Positions 51,701 through 64,000 of a stretch of DNA of 64,000 bases are shown here, piece after piece. The notes beneath the pieces were generated by a model. That model was not told the origin of the DNA, made no database searches, and was given only the letters and a program-made list of their open reading frames with translations. The translations under genes and the position numbers were made by a program. This DNA comes from Stylophora pistillata. Lineage: Eukaryota. Location: contig NW_019217964.1 of the NCBI RefSeq assembly GCF_002571385.2, positions 189,829 through 253,828 on the forward strand. The letters run 5' to 3'. The first letter of the stretch is position 1; every line of letters starts with the position of its first letter.

Positions 51701-54700
51701 TTCAAGCAGATGAACCAGTAATATTCCTTCCGCAGCAGGCGATGAAGGCCGTTGAAGAATATGCAGAACACCAAGTGAGGAGACCTAAAGAAATTACGCC
51801 CTCATATGTACGTGCTGTGCTAAGGGGAGATCGTTCCGTGCATTCATCATCGTCAGGATACTTCAAATATGATGGGAACGAAGGGAAAACTAAGCATTCC
51901 CCTCGAAGTCCTTCCATTGAAAACTCTAGCATCTACGAACTCAAGGGGGCAGACAACGATGATCGCACGTTGCCAGAAAGACTTGAAAAAGTGTCCTTAC
52001 AGCACCTGACTAGAAATGAGAAACTGTGTCTCTTGGAATTCATTTTGATGGATCGTAACTTCACGGACTTGGCTGGTCTTTCTCTGTTGCCTCTTGCTAA
52101 TAACACATTTAGAGATTTTCAAACAGACGTTCATGAATATAACTCAGATGACTGTGTATTAATTGCATCTCGAAACCACCCACAAAGTCTCATTCCTGGG
52201 AGCGATGAGAGATTCTTGGATGAAAACATCGAAAGAGGTGTACTTGACACGTTACGTTCTCTGGCAGGGGAAATGGAAAGCAAGCGTTCGGGACCCACGC
52301 AATTGGTAAACCTTTCACCTTCTCTCGTGCCAAAACTGGTTCGCGAAAGCATACCTGAGCCTTGGAGGATCAGTTCCACAGTTGTATCTTGGGATCCTAA
52401 AGATGAATCCTTACCTGATGATTTATGGCTCCGTGGTCTATGGTCGTGGCTCAAAACAGAATTTCCCAAAGATCTCACTCCTTTCGAAGGAATTCCTCTC
52501 ATCCCTCTGGTGGACGGAAGGTCAGAGAAACGATATCTTATCAAACTGAAAAAAGACCACTGCCTAATTCAGAGTTCATCCTATTTCGCGTCGTTACCGA
52601 GGAACGTGGTGAGTGCTCTTCAAAAGACAGGTTGCATCGTTCTTCCTCACCTGCCCCCATTCTGTGATCACGCTGCCTTGAAGCACTACATCGAGCCGCC
52701 AACTTCCTCAGGTGTACTAAAAGTATTAGCAACGGTCATGAATGAACCAGGGAATGACAGTCTTACCAGCTGTACTATCGAAGAAAAAGCGGCCCTCAGA
52801 GCATTCCTGTCCAGTCTAAGAAATCCTACTGATGATGAAGTAGTAGCCTTAATGACGTTGCCAATCTTTCAGACAATGGATGGGACTACGTTCACAGCAG
52901 TTCAGTCAGTAGGACCCTTGTCAGGAACGAAACTTGATGTTGCCCCACCCCGGCTACATCTACCATCGAGCACAAAGATTCACTGCTCACATGAGATACT
53001 TTCTGCCACTGACGATGACTCATACCAGCTGCTGCGGCGACTTCCCGTTCGAATTCTAAGCACTTCAGACTTTTTGGTCGACAAGATATTTCCTTACATA
53101 GAGAGTGGAGGATTCTACACTAGAGAGGAAGTCTCTAACCTGATGTTTTGGGTGATACAGAGACTTCCCGCACTATCAAGCGACAAAAAAACCTTCCCAG
53201 ATCATCTCAAGAATGTACCGTTTGTTCCAGTTGCCAACGGGTCCCTCAAACCGCCTTCTGAGCTATACGACCCGGAAGATGAAATCATCCAGAAGCTATT
53301 TCAAGGCGAAGCTGACGTATTTCCAGCTCAAGAATTTGCTAAAGCTCACGCCCTAAGCTTGCTTCGAGTGTTCTTGGGCCTACGGCGAAGTCGTTCCTTA
53401 GAAGCCAAAGATATTCTTTTAATAGCAAAGCTAATCACGGGTGCTCCTGAACAGCTTGCTCTTAGAAGAGCGGAGGCATTGCTTCAGTTTCTGAATGATA
53501 ATGCATACCTAGTTGAGAACGAGGTCTTGTTGGAAGAAAGCTCCGGGTCCGCAAAGAAAGTACCTTTGGGGAGCATACTGTCAAGCTTACCCTGGCTGCC
53601 TGCGTCCAAAGAACCCCTAAGCAAATACCCACAATGTATGCCTTGGTTCGGCGTGGCGAGAAGACTCTACTCTCCTAAAGACATGAGAGATGCAGACATG
53701 GCAAACATCGTTGGTTCATCTATGCCGATTCTTCGAGGAAATCTAGACGACAAACTTAAAAAGGCTTTCGGATGGTGGTTTCCTCCTCCAATTTTCCACG
53801 TTCTAGACCAGCTGAAAGGTGCCATAACTACTTGGCAGCAACAAGTGCACAAATCATCTGAAATTGAGCTACTTAAGTTCCAGGGAATGCTGAGAGACAT
53901 CTACAATCATTTGTCGAGCGAAATTGTAACAGCTGAAGCAGCCTTAGTTCTGAAAGAACATTCGTTTCTGCCCTGGATATGGTATGGTTCAGGGTTTGCT
54001 AAATCCAGCAGCGTTGCTATGAGAAGCGAGTGTGCCTTGGATTTAAGACCCTACATATTTGTCTTATCTGAAGATTTCCAAGGTTACTCTTCCTTTTTCA
54101 AACGTTGTGGTGTTTTAGACATCTTCAATGCTACATCAGCCCTAGAGGTCCTCCACATGATTCGAGATTGGCACCTGGAGAAGAAACGACCCATAGAGGA
54201 AGTGAAACGCGATCTCCACCTGTCTCGTGACATTCTGGACTTTTTAACAAAGGACGGATCACGCCTTTCCCCTGACATTCGTAAGAGAGTTTTAGTACCC
54301 ATCCAAGCCGAGGAAGATAGACTCATTCTTCAGCCATCCGCTGATGTGAGCTATTGCGATGCAGAGTGGTTGAGACTAGGAAACAGCGATACCAGTATTT
54401 CCGACGTTACCTTCATGGTGCACAAAACCATTTCCAGTGAAACTGCTCGGCTTCTTGGAACACCTCCTTTAAGTAGGAAATTAGCAGTTACGGAACCGCT
54501 TGGATTTCAGCAGAGTGGACCGTATGAACCAGTAACAACAAGATTAAGAAATATCCTGAAGGATCACAACGACGACATGGCGACTTTCAAAGAATTGATT
54601 CAGAACGCAGACGATGCAGGAGCAACAGAGGTCAAGTTCCTTCTTGACTGGAGGTACAACAGTGCAGAGAAGCTACTGGCACCTGGATTGGCTGAGATGC

Positions 54701-57700
54701 AAGGGCCAGCCCTGTGGATTTGCAACGACGCCCTCTTTACAGATAAAGACTTCGAGAATATTAACAAACTGGCAGGAGGTACCAAGATAGAAAATAAAGA
54801 AAAGCTAGGCCGTTTCGGAATTGGATTTTGTACTGCTTACAATATAACTGACCTTCCAAGTTTCATCAGCCGCGAGTTCATTGCCTTTTTTGACCCACAA
54901 ACAACTCATTTAGGAGACCTCATTAAGGACAAATCTCGTCCCGGCATTCGTTTGAATCTTAGGAGTAATGCAGTGGCATTGAGCGCGTTCTCTGATCAGT
55001 TCAAGCCTTACCAAGGAGTCTTTGGATGCACAATTGATAAGAATGGACGGTCATTTTTCTATGACGGAACTCTATTCAGGTTTCCTTTAAGAACCATGAG
55101 ACAGGCCAGCGACAGCGAGATTTGCAATAAATTCTATGACGAGCAGCAGTTTACCCAGTTGATTTCAGCATTCCAGGAAAACGCATCAAAAATGTTGCTT
55201 TTTCTACAGAATGTGTGCAAGATAAGTTTCTTTCAAATAACATCTGATCAGAACCCATCCTTACCAAATGCAGTGTTTGAGGTGGAAAAGGACATATTGT
55301 TGTTACCGTCGACAGGTACGCTATCAGACAGGCTGACATCAGAGAAAAATAATAACCAAGGAATCCGGGAAAGCGATCTTAATGGCAGTTGGGTCTTTGA
55401 ACAGCAAAGAGTCGAACACCTTGTCGACTCCTCTAAAATAGTGTTCATAAAATTTCAAGCCTTCCCAAATAGTTCTTTGCCATTCTCAAGAAATCAACGA
55501 AACACTGAAGTTTGGTTGGTTACGTCATGTTACGGTGAAAGAAAAGCGCGCGAGATGGCCAACACTGAAGATGGAAAACTAAATGGCTTGTTACCTAAAG
55601 CTGAAGTCGCTGCTCTACTATCAGACAACGATAAAGCTAAGCGATGGCGCCCTACGAAGACAGCGGGAGAAGTATTCCTTGGTCTACCTCTGGGAGCAGA
55701 GACAGGTTTTCCAGTTCACGTGAACGGCTACTTTGCCGTGACGACAAATCGCCGTAGTTTATGGGAAGATACCAAAGAGAGTCCACCCTCAAGAAAACCG
55801 ATTGAAGTACTTTGGAACCAAAGTCTCCTTGAAGATGCCGCTTCAAAGGCTTACGTTCGACTTTTGGTTGAAATTGTCAGTCTACATGGACAGGGAAAGA
55901 TAGAAGAATTTCCATACGACGTTCTTTGGCCGAACCCAGAGAAAGCCTCTTCCAAGACTTGGGTAACGTTTGCCTACACTGTTTATCAGAATATAGCCAA
56001 TGGTACAGGAACTCTTTTGAGGAGTCAATCACAATGGGTATCGTTCAAGGATAGCGTCTTTTTAGAAGAGGATGTCTCACAGTTACCGGAGAGTTATCCC
56101 ATAATGTGCTCATGCGGCTTCAACGTGGTTCAACTGCCAAAATTCGCTTCAAACGGCTTTGAAAGAAGCGTCACAAAAATTGCGGCACAAACTGTAACCA
56201 TGGACAAATTTGTTTGCGACATCTTTTTTCCGACAAGTGAAAGATTGCCGAGTAATCTAAAAGATCCGATAATATGTCATGTTATGGATGAATACCTTCG
56301 GGGATCGTACAAGTACGAGAAAATCTTGCGAGGATATCGATGTATCCCAACATCACCGGATGGTTGCCATAGGTCTCGGCCTGATGAGTTGATTGATCCT
56401 ACAGGAGCTGCTAGCAGCTTATATCTTGAGGAAGAGCACATATTTCCAACTGGCTCAGGTTTTCTGAGAGCAGAGCGACTCGTTGCCTTGAGAAAGCTAG
56501 GGATGGTAGAAGCTTTATTACCATGGAAACGAATCTGTGAGAGGGTCACGTTCATTGCAACGTTAGCCACTGTTAATTATGAAAAAGCTCTGCCGATGTC
56601 GAGGAACTTAATTAAATATTTGAATGACAACTTGAGTAAGCTATCTCCACCAGGAACTCCACAAAGGAAACAATTGTCAGAAATTTGCTTTCTTCCAGCT
56701 ATGGATAGACCAACAGGGTATTACCTGCCGTGGAAGGGATCAGAAGAAAGTGCGAAAAGATTGTTTTCAGCCAAAGAGCTACGACGTGAGGACTCCACAT
56801 ATTTACTAGGAGCGGTACTCCCACTCTTAGACGAATCTCCAGATACCGGATGTGACCGTGTAAGCAAAGATGTCTCTAAGCTATTAAGGCTTGGTGATCA
56901 ACGCCTGACCGTCAATGATGTCCTTCTGCAACTCTACTCCGCTGTAGAAGGTCTCGTTGCGCATGATGCAGCCAGCAGAGAATGTGTCAGGAGGGTTTCT
57001 ACTGCTGTTTACCACTTCCTACAAGAGAGAATAAACACCTCAGACAAGCAAGTTATTAAAAATCTTCTCCATGGAAAGCCGTGGATATTTGTGGAAAGCA
57101 AATTTGTAACTGCTGATCAGGTTGCCTTTTCCTGGAAAAGTCATGGAGACCCTTTTCTTTATTGCCTTCCCGACGACTATACCATGAAATTCAAAGATCT
57201 CTTTAAAGCACTTGGAGTCAGAGAATCGTTTTCCGGTGAAGATATGGTTGATGCACTATTCGTTCTCGCCGAGAGAAAAGATGGCGAACCTCTCACGGTT
57301 CAAGAGTTTAGGACTGTAAAATCGTTCCTGGAGGATATTGCCTCAATGGATGATGATGCTCTGAGTTCCTATTGCGGTCAGCTGCCCTTACCAAATGTGA
57401 ATTTAGTGCTTACGCCTGTAGGAGAACTAACAATCAACGACACACCTTGGATTGACTCCTTTGGGTGGACGAAATGTATTCACAGTGATATTTCCGTAGT
57501 GTTAGCCCACAGGTTAGGAGCTCAAACTATGCGAGGACAAAAACTAGACAAGTATTCTCACCGAATAGGAAAGCCCTTTGGTCAGAGTGAACGCCTTACA
57601 GATCGACTGAAAGGGGTACTGGAAGCTTATCCGTGTGATTTTGGAATTCTGAAAGAGATTATTCAAAATGCAGATGATGCAGGGGCCACAGAAGTTCATT

Positions 57701-60700
57701 TTATACATGATCCGCGTCAACATGGTACTACTCGTATTTTGTCGGAACAATGGAAAGACCTCCAAGGACCAGCACTTTGTGTCTACAATGACTGTCCTTT
57801 CACGGAAAAAGACTTTGAGGGGATACAAAAGCTTGGTATAGGAAGCAAGACTGACAGCCTTGAGAAGGCAGGAAAATATGGTATCGGTTTTAATGCAGTA
57901 TACCATTTAACCGATTGCCCGAGTTTCATTACAAACGCCGAAACATTGTGCGTCCTCGACCCGCACGCCCGATATGCGCCCGATGCAACACTGGACTTTC
58001 CGGGACGTCGATTTGATCCCCTTGATGACGAATTTTGGGTACACTTTGCTGACGTGAGACCCTGTTATTTAGAGGAGTTCTTTCATCTGAAAGGATCTAC
58101 TATGTTTCGTCTGCCAGTAAGAAATGATGCGTCCTCTAAACAGTCAGAAATTTCCTCCAAGGCTTTTAGCAATTCCGAAATTGATCAACTGCTTACCATT
58201 TTTGAAAGCGAGATCCGAGACACGTTACTCTTCCTTCGAAATGTCACTAGAGTAAGCATTTCAAGGATAGAAAACAACAAGTTAGTTAGGCGATACGAGG
58301 CTTCTGCAACAATTTCAAACTCTGACATCCCGAAAATCCAAGCTCTCGACGTAGAAATCATGCGGAGCTTAGAACTGAATACCAGCTGTATTCCATGGTT
58401 TGGAATTACCTACATCAAAACCACTCAAGACACACTGGGAAGACGAGATAATTGGCTCATTCATCAATGCCTTGGTTCTCGTTTGCATGTTGACAAGCAA
58501 TTAATTCCCGAAGGAAGCAAGAATGGTCTTCTTCCTCGAGCAGCTGTGGCAGCATGCGTGACCACAACAGACAGTCTCTCGCCGCGACGAGGACGTTCCT
58601 ACAGCTTACAAAATTCAAGCCAAAACAACAAAATTCATCGTGCATTTTGCTTCCTACCTTTGCCAGTTGAGACAGGTCTTCCAGTTCACATTAACGGCCA
58701 ATTTATACTTGATAATTCAAGACGAAATCTTTGGAAAGACGATGGAGTGCAAGGAGCGAGAACTCAGTGGAACAATTTCATCAAAAGGAATGTTTTAGCT
58801 CCTGCCTATGCTGAACTTATCGTTAGTGCTAGAACATACATACCTGGAATCTCACAAGGAGACCCATGGTACTTCAACGATATCACAGAGGCTAAGGATG
58901 GTTTGAAATGGTATCACAGCATCTTTCCGGATTCAGATGATGTTCACTCAGAATGGAAAAGCATTGTTTCAACAGTGTTCAGACTTCTGGCGAGTTTCAA
59001 TCAACCTGTATTACCCATCTTACGTGACGAATCCTTGCCCAGACCGCCTGCGACCTCTCCTCGGAACTTTTTGAAGTTAGGCACAAAGCCACTTTTTCCC
59101 TGCTTGTGGGTTCCCCCTTGTAGCGACAGAGACGAGCAGCAAGCACTATTCAGCGATCTTTCCAACCCAGAACTGGAAACACTACTCCTAAAAATAGGTG
59201 TGCCGATAGTTCACGCGCCACAAAACCTCTACACCAGTTTCAAACGAGCCGCTGCGATGGTAAAAACCGTTAGTCCCGAGGATGTCATGGCCATTATCTC
59301 GAAGCCTAGGCATAACACAGGTGTGCTCCCTTGCTATATTGACAATACCACCTTCAAACAAGTGAGTAAATTTAAGCTACTGATCGAGTATTGCATGAGG
59401 GATGACAACTTTCTCCAACGGTTAAATGGGATGCCCCTTCTGCTTACTGAAGATGAAGTACTCAGAGAATTTGATTCCAGAAATCCAGTTTTCCTCACTC
59501 CATTTTCCAGTCTGCTCTCTTCTCAGAAAGACATTTTTATCCATAAAGAATTCATCCCGCTGTTTTCAAAATTTACCAGAAATGAAATTTGGAAGTCCGA
59601 AGTGTTCAAACGTTTCGACACGATATCGATTGCTCCATATTTGATTCAACTGCTTCCATCAAAATGGTTCGCAGGCGACAAACATGTCCCATGGGAACCA
59701 ACTGACGTTTGTACACCATCAGTCGAGTGGTTGACAATGCTTTGGGAATTGATCATAACCACATACCAAGAAAGGCAGTCAAGCTTTGAAGACAAAGAGG
59801 ACCCATCCGAAACTCTTCAACCATTTGAAGACTGGCCGATTATTCCTACTTCTACTGGCACCCTTGCTCCTCTGTCCCTTGGCAAAACTGTGTTGGATTT
59901 GAGTACACGTATTTACGATGAAGACAGGTTGGTGAGAATTTTGTGCAAGATTGGAAGTGCTCAACTGGATTTTTCAGTTCTTCCAAAAGTCAACAAGGAT
60001 GAGGCTTCACTTATTGTATCCCCGCACCTGGCGAAACCATACTCGAGACAAGATGTTATCAGCGTTATACATTACCTATCTAAAGGTGATGACTTCAAAT
60101 GCGAACTCGGTCAAGGCGAAATCGTTACACTTCTACGTTTTTTGCAAGAAGATGTCACTACCGTCTACAGTAATCAATCACTAATGAGAAAGCTGCCGCT
60201 CTACAAAACTTTGAATGGGAAGTTTGTGAGTCTCGATTCTTATGCCTTCTCGTATGTTGTCGATCTGCCTCAGTGTGTATCCCTAGCTGACATCGAAGCG
60301 CGCATTGAAAACGAAAGTTGTGTACTATTAGAAGCGATTCAAGAAATAGAACCTTTGTACAAGGCTCTTGACATCAGCCAGCTGTCACAAGTAGACGTAT
60401 TCGTCAAATACATATTGCCAAACTTTGATGCAATGTCGGAGAGAGGCCTTCAGGAAGTGCTGCTCTACATCAAAGATACTCTCTTCGTTACCTTAAAGAG
60501 TTCCACTGAGAGGAGCATTTTAATCGATGCTTTGTGTGAAGCACGTATTTTTCCAGACAAAAGCGACACACTTGTCCCTGTAAGCAATTTTTATGATCCT
60601 GAGAATCCAGTCTTCAGAGAGTTGCTCTCTCCCGGTGATTTTCCACCAGGAAATTACAGCCTTCTAAGTTGGCTCCCGTTCCTTCGTCAAGTAGGACTCA

Positions 60701-63606
60701 AGTACCGTGTTTCCCAACAACAATTTATCCAGTTTGCAGAATCCCTAGCTTCTGATGCAATGACTGGGTTCCAAGATACTCAGTTGAGGGATGTATCTAA
60801 AACATTGGTTACGTGTCTGTTTCAACAGGATGACCTGCACGACCCAAGCTTTCTACATGTCGTATCCAGCATAAAGTTTGTCGCAGCAGAAACTGCATCT
60901 AAACAACTAACAAACTTACAGCCTCAATATGCGTGTAAAAGTAAGGAAGACATTCCTCCTTTTACTGAGTTCCACGGAGCTTTACCATGCGAACAACAGA
61001 AAATTTCCTGGACCTCCATTGCCCTCCTTCCAGCCTGGGCCACTCCTAATTCCGCCGAGAAACAAGTTTTGGAAGACCTCGGAGTCGCACTTCTTCCCCC
61101 ACTGGACAAAGTTATCAATCACATCACTCTTCTAACAAAAGCACACAGCGGAAATGTCCATAAAGACACCCCAAAAGACCAAAGGGAGCTTCTTCATGAT
61201 GTCATATACGAGACGTTTACTTTCTTGAAAGGTGATTGTAATTGTCCCAGTAACACTTTGTCAGACAAGTGTACTAAGTCTTGCCTAGCCATTGGTAGCA
61301 TTCTCAAGAAAACACCTTGCATACCCGTTGAGGAAGGTCGCGTTTTTGTGGAAGGCAATCAATTGGCGTTTGAGACGACAACAGAGATGCCACCTTACTT
61401 TTATAAAGTACCGCGAGAGTACGGCCATTTTGAGCATGTACTTAAGAGACTTGGAGCAAATGAAAAACCAACACCATCGCAATTTGCAGACGTCCTCGGG
61501 AGACTAAAGGAGGTGTGTGAGGATAAGCATATGGAGCCCAATGAGAAAAAGGTGGCTAGAGAAGCTACACGTGGATTTTTCACCACCCTATCACAGTTAG
61601 TGAAGGAAAAAAGCGAAGAGGCTGCAACAAAATGCCTTTTTTCGTTGAATCAACTATTTTTACCTAGCAAAGAAGGTTTTCTCAAGCCATCAAATGAACT
61701 GATCTTTCACGATTGTCCCAGCTTTGAACGTCGTGCACGAGACTTTGCCGGTGACTTTGTGGACATCAGTCGGGAAGGAGAACTCACTGCAGACCGCCTC
61801 TCTTACCTTCTCGGTCTTCTGCCATTGCGTCTTAGGGCAAAGACTATTCAGAATTTACTGCGGGAGGAGATACATCCTACCTGTAGAGATAAGCAATGCA
61901 TAGCAGACAGTACTATTGGATCAGATCCCTGTCCATTTGTGAACAGATATCGGAACGTTTTGCTCTCTCCGAAGTTAGTGAACGGAATTTTACGTGTGAT
62001 CCGTCATCAAAGACAGACACCGAATTTGCCTCAAGATGTCAAAGATCAAGTACAAGTCCTTTGTAGCTCGCTCAATGTAACTTGCATGGCATCACTTGAC
62101 ACTCATCTGATTCACCTGGAATCTGGCAAACCATTACAACACAGCCAAGAAACCCAAGACTGTTTCTTAGAAGAACAGAATGGCGAATGGGAATTGTTCA
62201 TTAGGCATGGCACAGACGAAAATCCCCTCCACATCCAACTTTGCTTTCAAGTAAATCGTTTGATACATAATCAAATAGAGAAGGAGATCTATCTTCAGGC
62301 AATGCTTGCATGTAGGGTACCAGAGGAGATCCTACCTTCACTCGACAGATGCGGTGTAGCGCAAGATCTCATGGGAAGTGAGGCGCGCACTACGGAGCCC
62401 GTTCTAGGATCTGAGATTCCGGTGATGTATCACTACCTGCTCAGGCAAGACATCGAATACTTTTTTCGGCAAGGTGAAATAGTTGGCTACGAGAAAGAAC
62501 GTAGAACTGAAGATGGTCAAATTGATGACTCTGAGCCTCTTTACGTGTACGCCAAGGTGGTGAGGAAAGTGCCAAATCGTAAAAGATCCATGGGAACCAG
62601 CAGATTTGACTTCAAGGCCAAATATCGCGTTGATATTGGAGAGCCTCGCCTCGTAGAAGTAAGCGTACTTGATCTTTACAAATTTGATCGATCTAACGCT
62701 GAAGTTCCAAATGCAGAACCCGAGCTCTCGGATTCTCGTGAAGTATCAATTTTCACCGGAGACCCCAAGGAATCAGAGCGCCGGGCAGCGAGTCGAAATG
62801 AACGCCTTGAAAAGGCGAAACAAGAAATCAAGGATACCCTGTGGGAGGCTTGGAAGCTACCTGAAAATGAGAGAAGGAAAGTCATTAAGCGTTTGTTTCT
62901 CCGATGGCACCCGGACAAAAATATAGGCTCTGACATTGCCAATGATGTGATGCAATTCCTGCTGAACGAAATAGAGAGAATGGAAAAGCTATTTCCTTCG
63001 AATTGGAGAGACAATCTGCGAGATGCCAAAGAGAAAGGAACGCAAGATGGAGCAAGCAATTTTCACGATTTCTTCAACCAGTGGAACCAGCGTGCTCGGC
63101 AAGAGAGGCAAACTTATGACACGTTTAAACGACAAAATCATCAAGGAACTCCTTATTCCAAGAGGTCTACAAACCCTCAGAAGAACGAGGCCAAGCGGTG
63201 GATGAAACAAGCCAAAGAAGACCTGAACGCTGCAAAACATCTAGAAAGTCAACAAACGAAATTCCCTGCGTTGGTTTGCTTTTTATGTCAACAAGCTACG
63301 GAAAAAGTTTTCAAAGGTGCCTTGTATGCAGCTTGCGGCATATCTGAGAAACAACTAGAAACACACGATGTACTGAATCTTGCATATGAGATTACTGAGT
63401 TGGATGGATCTCCTGATGATATTGCCCTCCTGGCTGCTAAGCTCAAGAATTACTACGAGCAAACTAGATATCCTCATTTTCATCGGGGCGACACGATTCC
63501 TGCAGAAGCTTTTACGAGCGATCAAGCACAAGACGCATTAGAAATTTGTGAGTCACTGGTTCAGAAAATAAATGACTTTGTTAACGATAATTTTGCACGG
63601 GTGTGA
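48755..63606 (+). CDS. SACS: Sacsin-like protein (3 SRR/Hsp90-like repeats, DnaJ, HEPN), ~4470 aa
   Basis: Exons 48755-48779, 49247-49335, 49945-50209, 50573-63606 (13413 nt, in frame). Three EL/IIQNADDAGA and G(R/K)(F/Y)G.GF GHKL motifs, LPVH(V/I)(H/N)G motifs, J-domain LRWHPDKN, C-terminal HEPN (AKRWMKQAKEDL..CQQATEK..HD..TRYP). First exon is less certain. Confidence 0.95.
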
Positions 63607-64000
63607 CATTTGAAACACAACCACTGACAATTAAGACTATACATTGAGAAGATGGGGCTGTAAGAAATAGTAACACCGATTACTTATGTAATAGTGTAGT
63701 CCAGTCAAACCATTTACCGCAGTGATTAGTCAGATGCGTCAAAACGAATTGGTTTTGCCTCAAAAAAAGATCGAGGGTCGGTCTTGGGTGTCTCAACACC
63801 TATGTAGCTAGAGTTTGGGATCTAACAAAAAGACATTGGTCACCTAGTTTTCATTGATGCTGAGGAATCGAAGAGTTCAAAACTGGATTTTGATAGTACT
63901 TTATTTATAGTGTATCGCCTGAATTTTAGGCACTTAGAACATGAGAAAATGATGCAAACTAAAGGAAGGTTGCACATGTAAGTACAATTAATATTATTAC

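Noticed and set aside
51122-63240. Many short antisense and alternative-frame ORFs inside sacsin
   Set aside because: Expected shadows of a 13-kb coding exon; none shows a recognisable motif.
63463-63483. RYPHFH in the sacsin HEPN domain looks like the catalytic R-x4-H RNase motif
   Set aside because: The Arg belongs to the conserved RYP motif of this HEPN class, which from my recollection of HEPN alignments is out of register with the catalytic Arg position; likely coincidental unless a structural alignment shows otherwise.
50573-63606. Horizontal transfer of a bacterial sacsin-like defence gene, suggested by the intron-free 13 kb
   Set aside because: Three canonical upstream introns and the metazoan SRRx3-DnaJ-HEPN architecture fit a vertically inherited animal sacsin.

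Overview
AT-rich, intron-containing animal genomic DNA; the repeat families and gene content suggest a cnidarian, most likely a stony coral (inference). Genes reconstructed by hand from GT-AG boundaries: ZCCHC8-like (minus, runs off the left edge); a head-to-head pair of five-exon small paralogues not recovered as such by the ORF track (start codons 73 bp apart; basic mitochondrial-presequence-like N-terminus plus acidic 'GDDD' tail; the plus copy has two candidate alternative last exons); a BTB-BACK-Kelch gene; a 19-exon PALS1/MPP5 (stardust)-type MAGUK with an extra N-terminal PDZ; an orphan 88-aa ORF; a Spot14/MID1IP1-like gene; and a ~4470-aa sacsin with a 13-kb last exon. Intergenic and intronic DNA holds tRNA-derived SINEs, MITEs, retroposon tails, three Penelope-type minimal hammerhead ribozyme loci (one apparently intact), templated-insertion scars and a 465-N assembly gap. 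The best candidate for an undescribed system is the divergent microprotein pair at 4259-7561 with its shared ZNF143/TISU-like mini-promoter. All family calls come from motif recognition; no searches were run.
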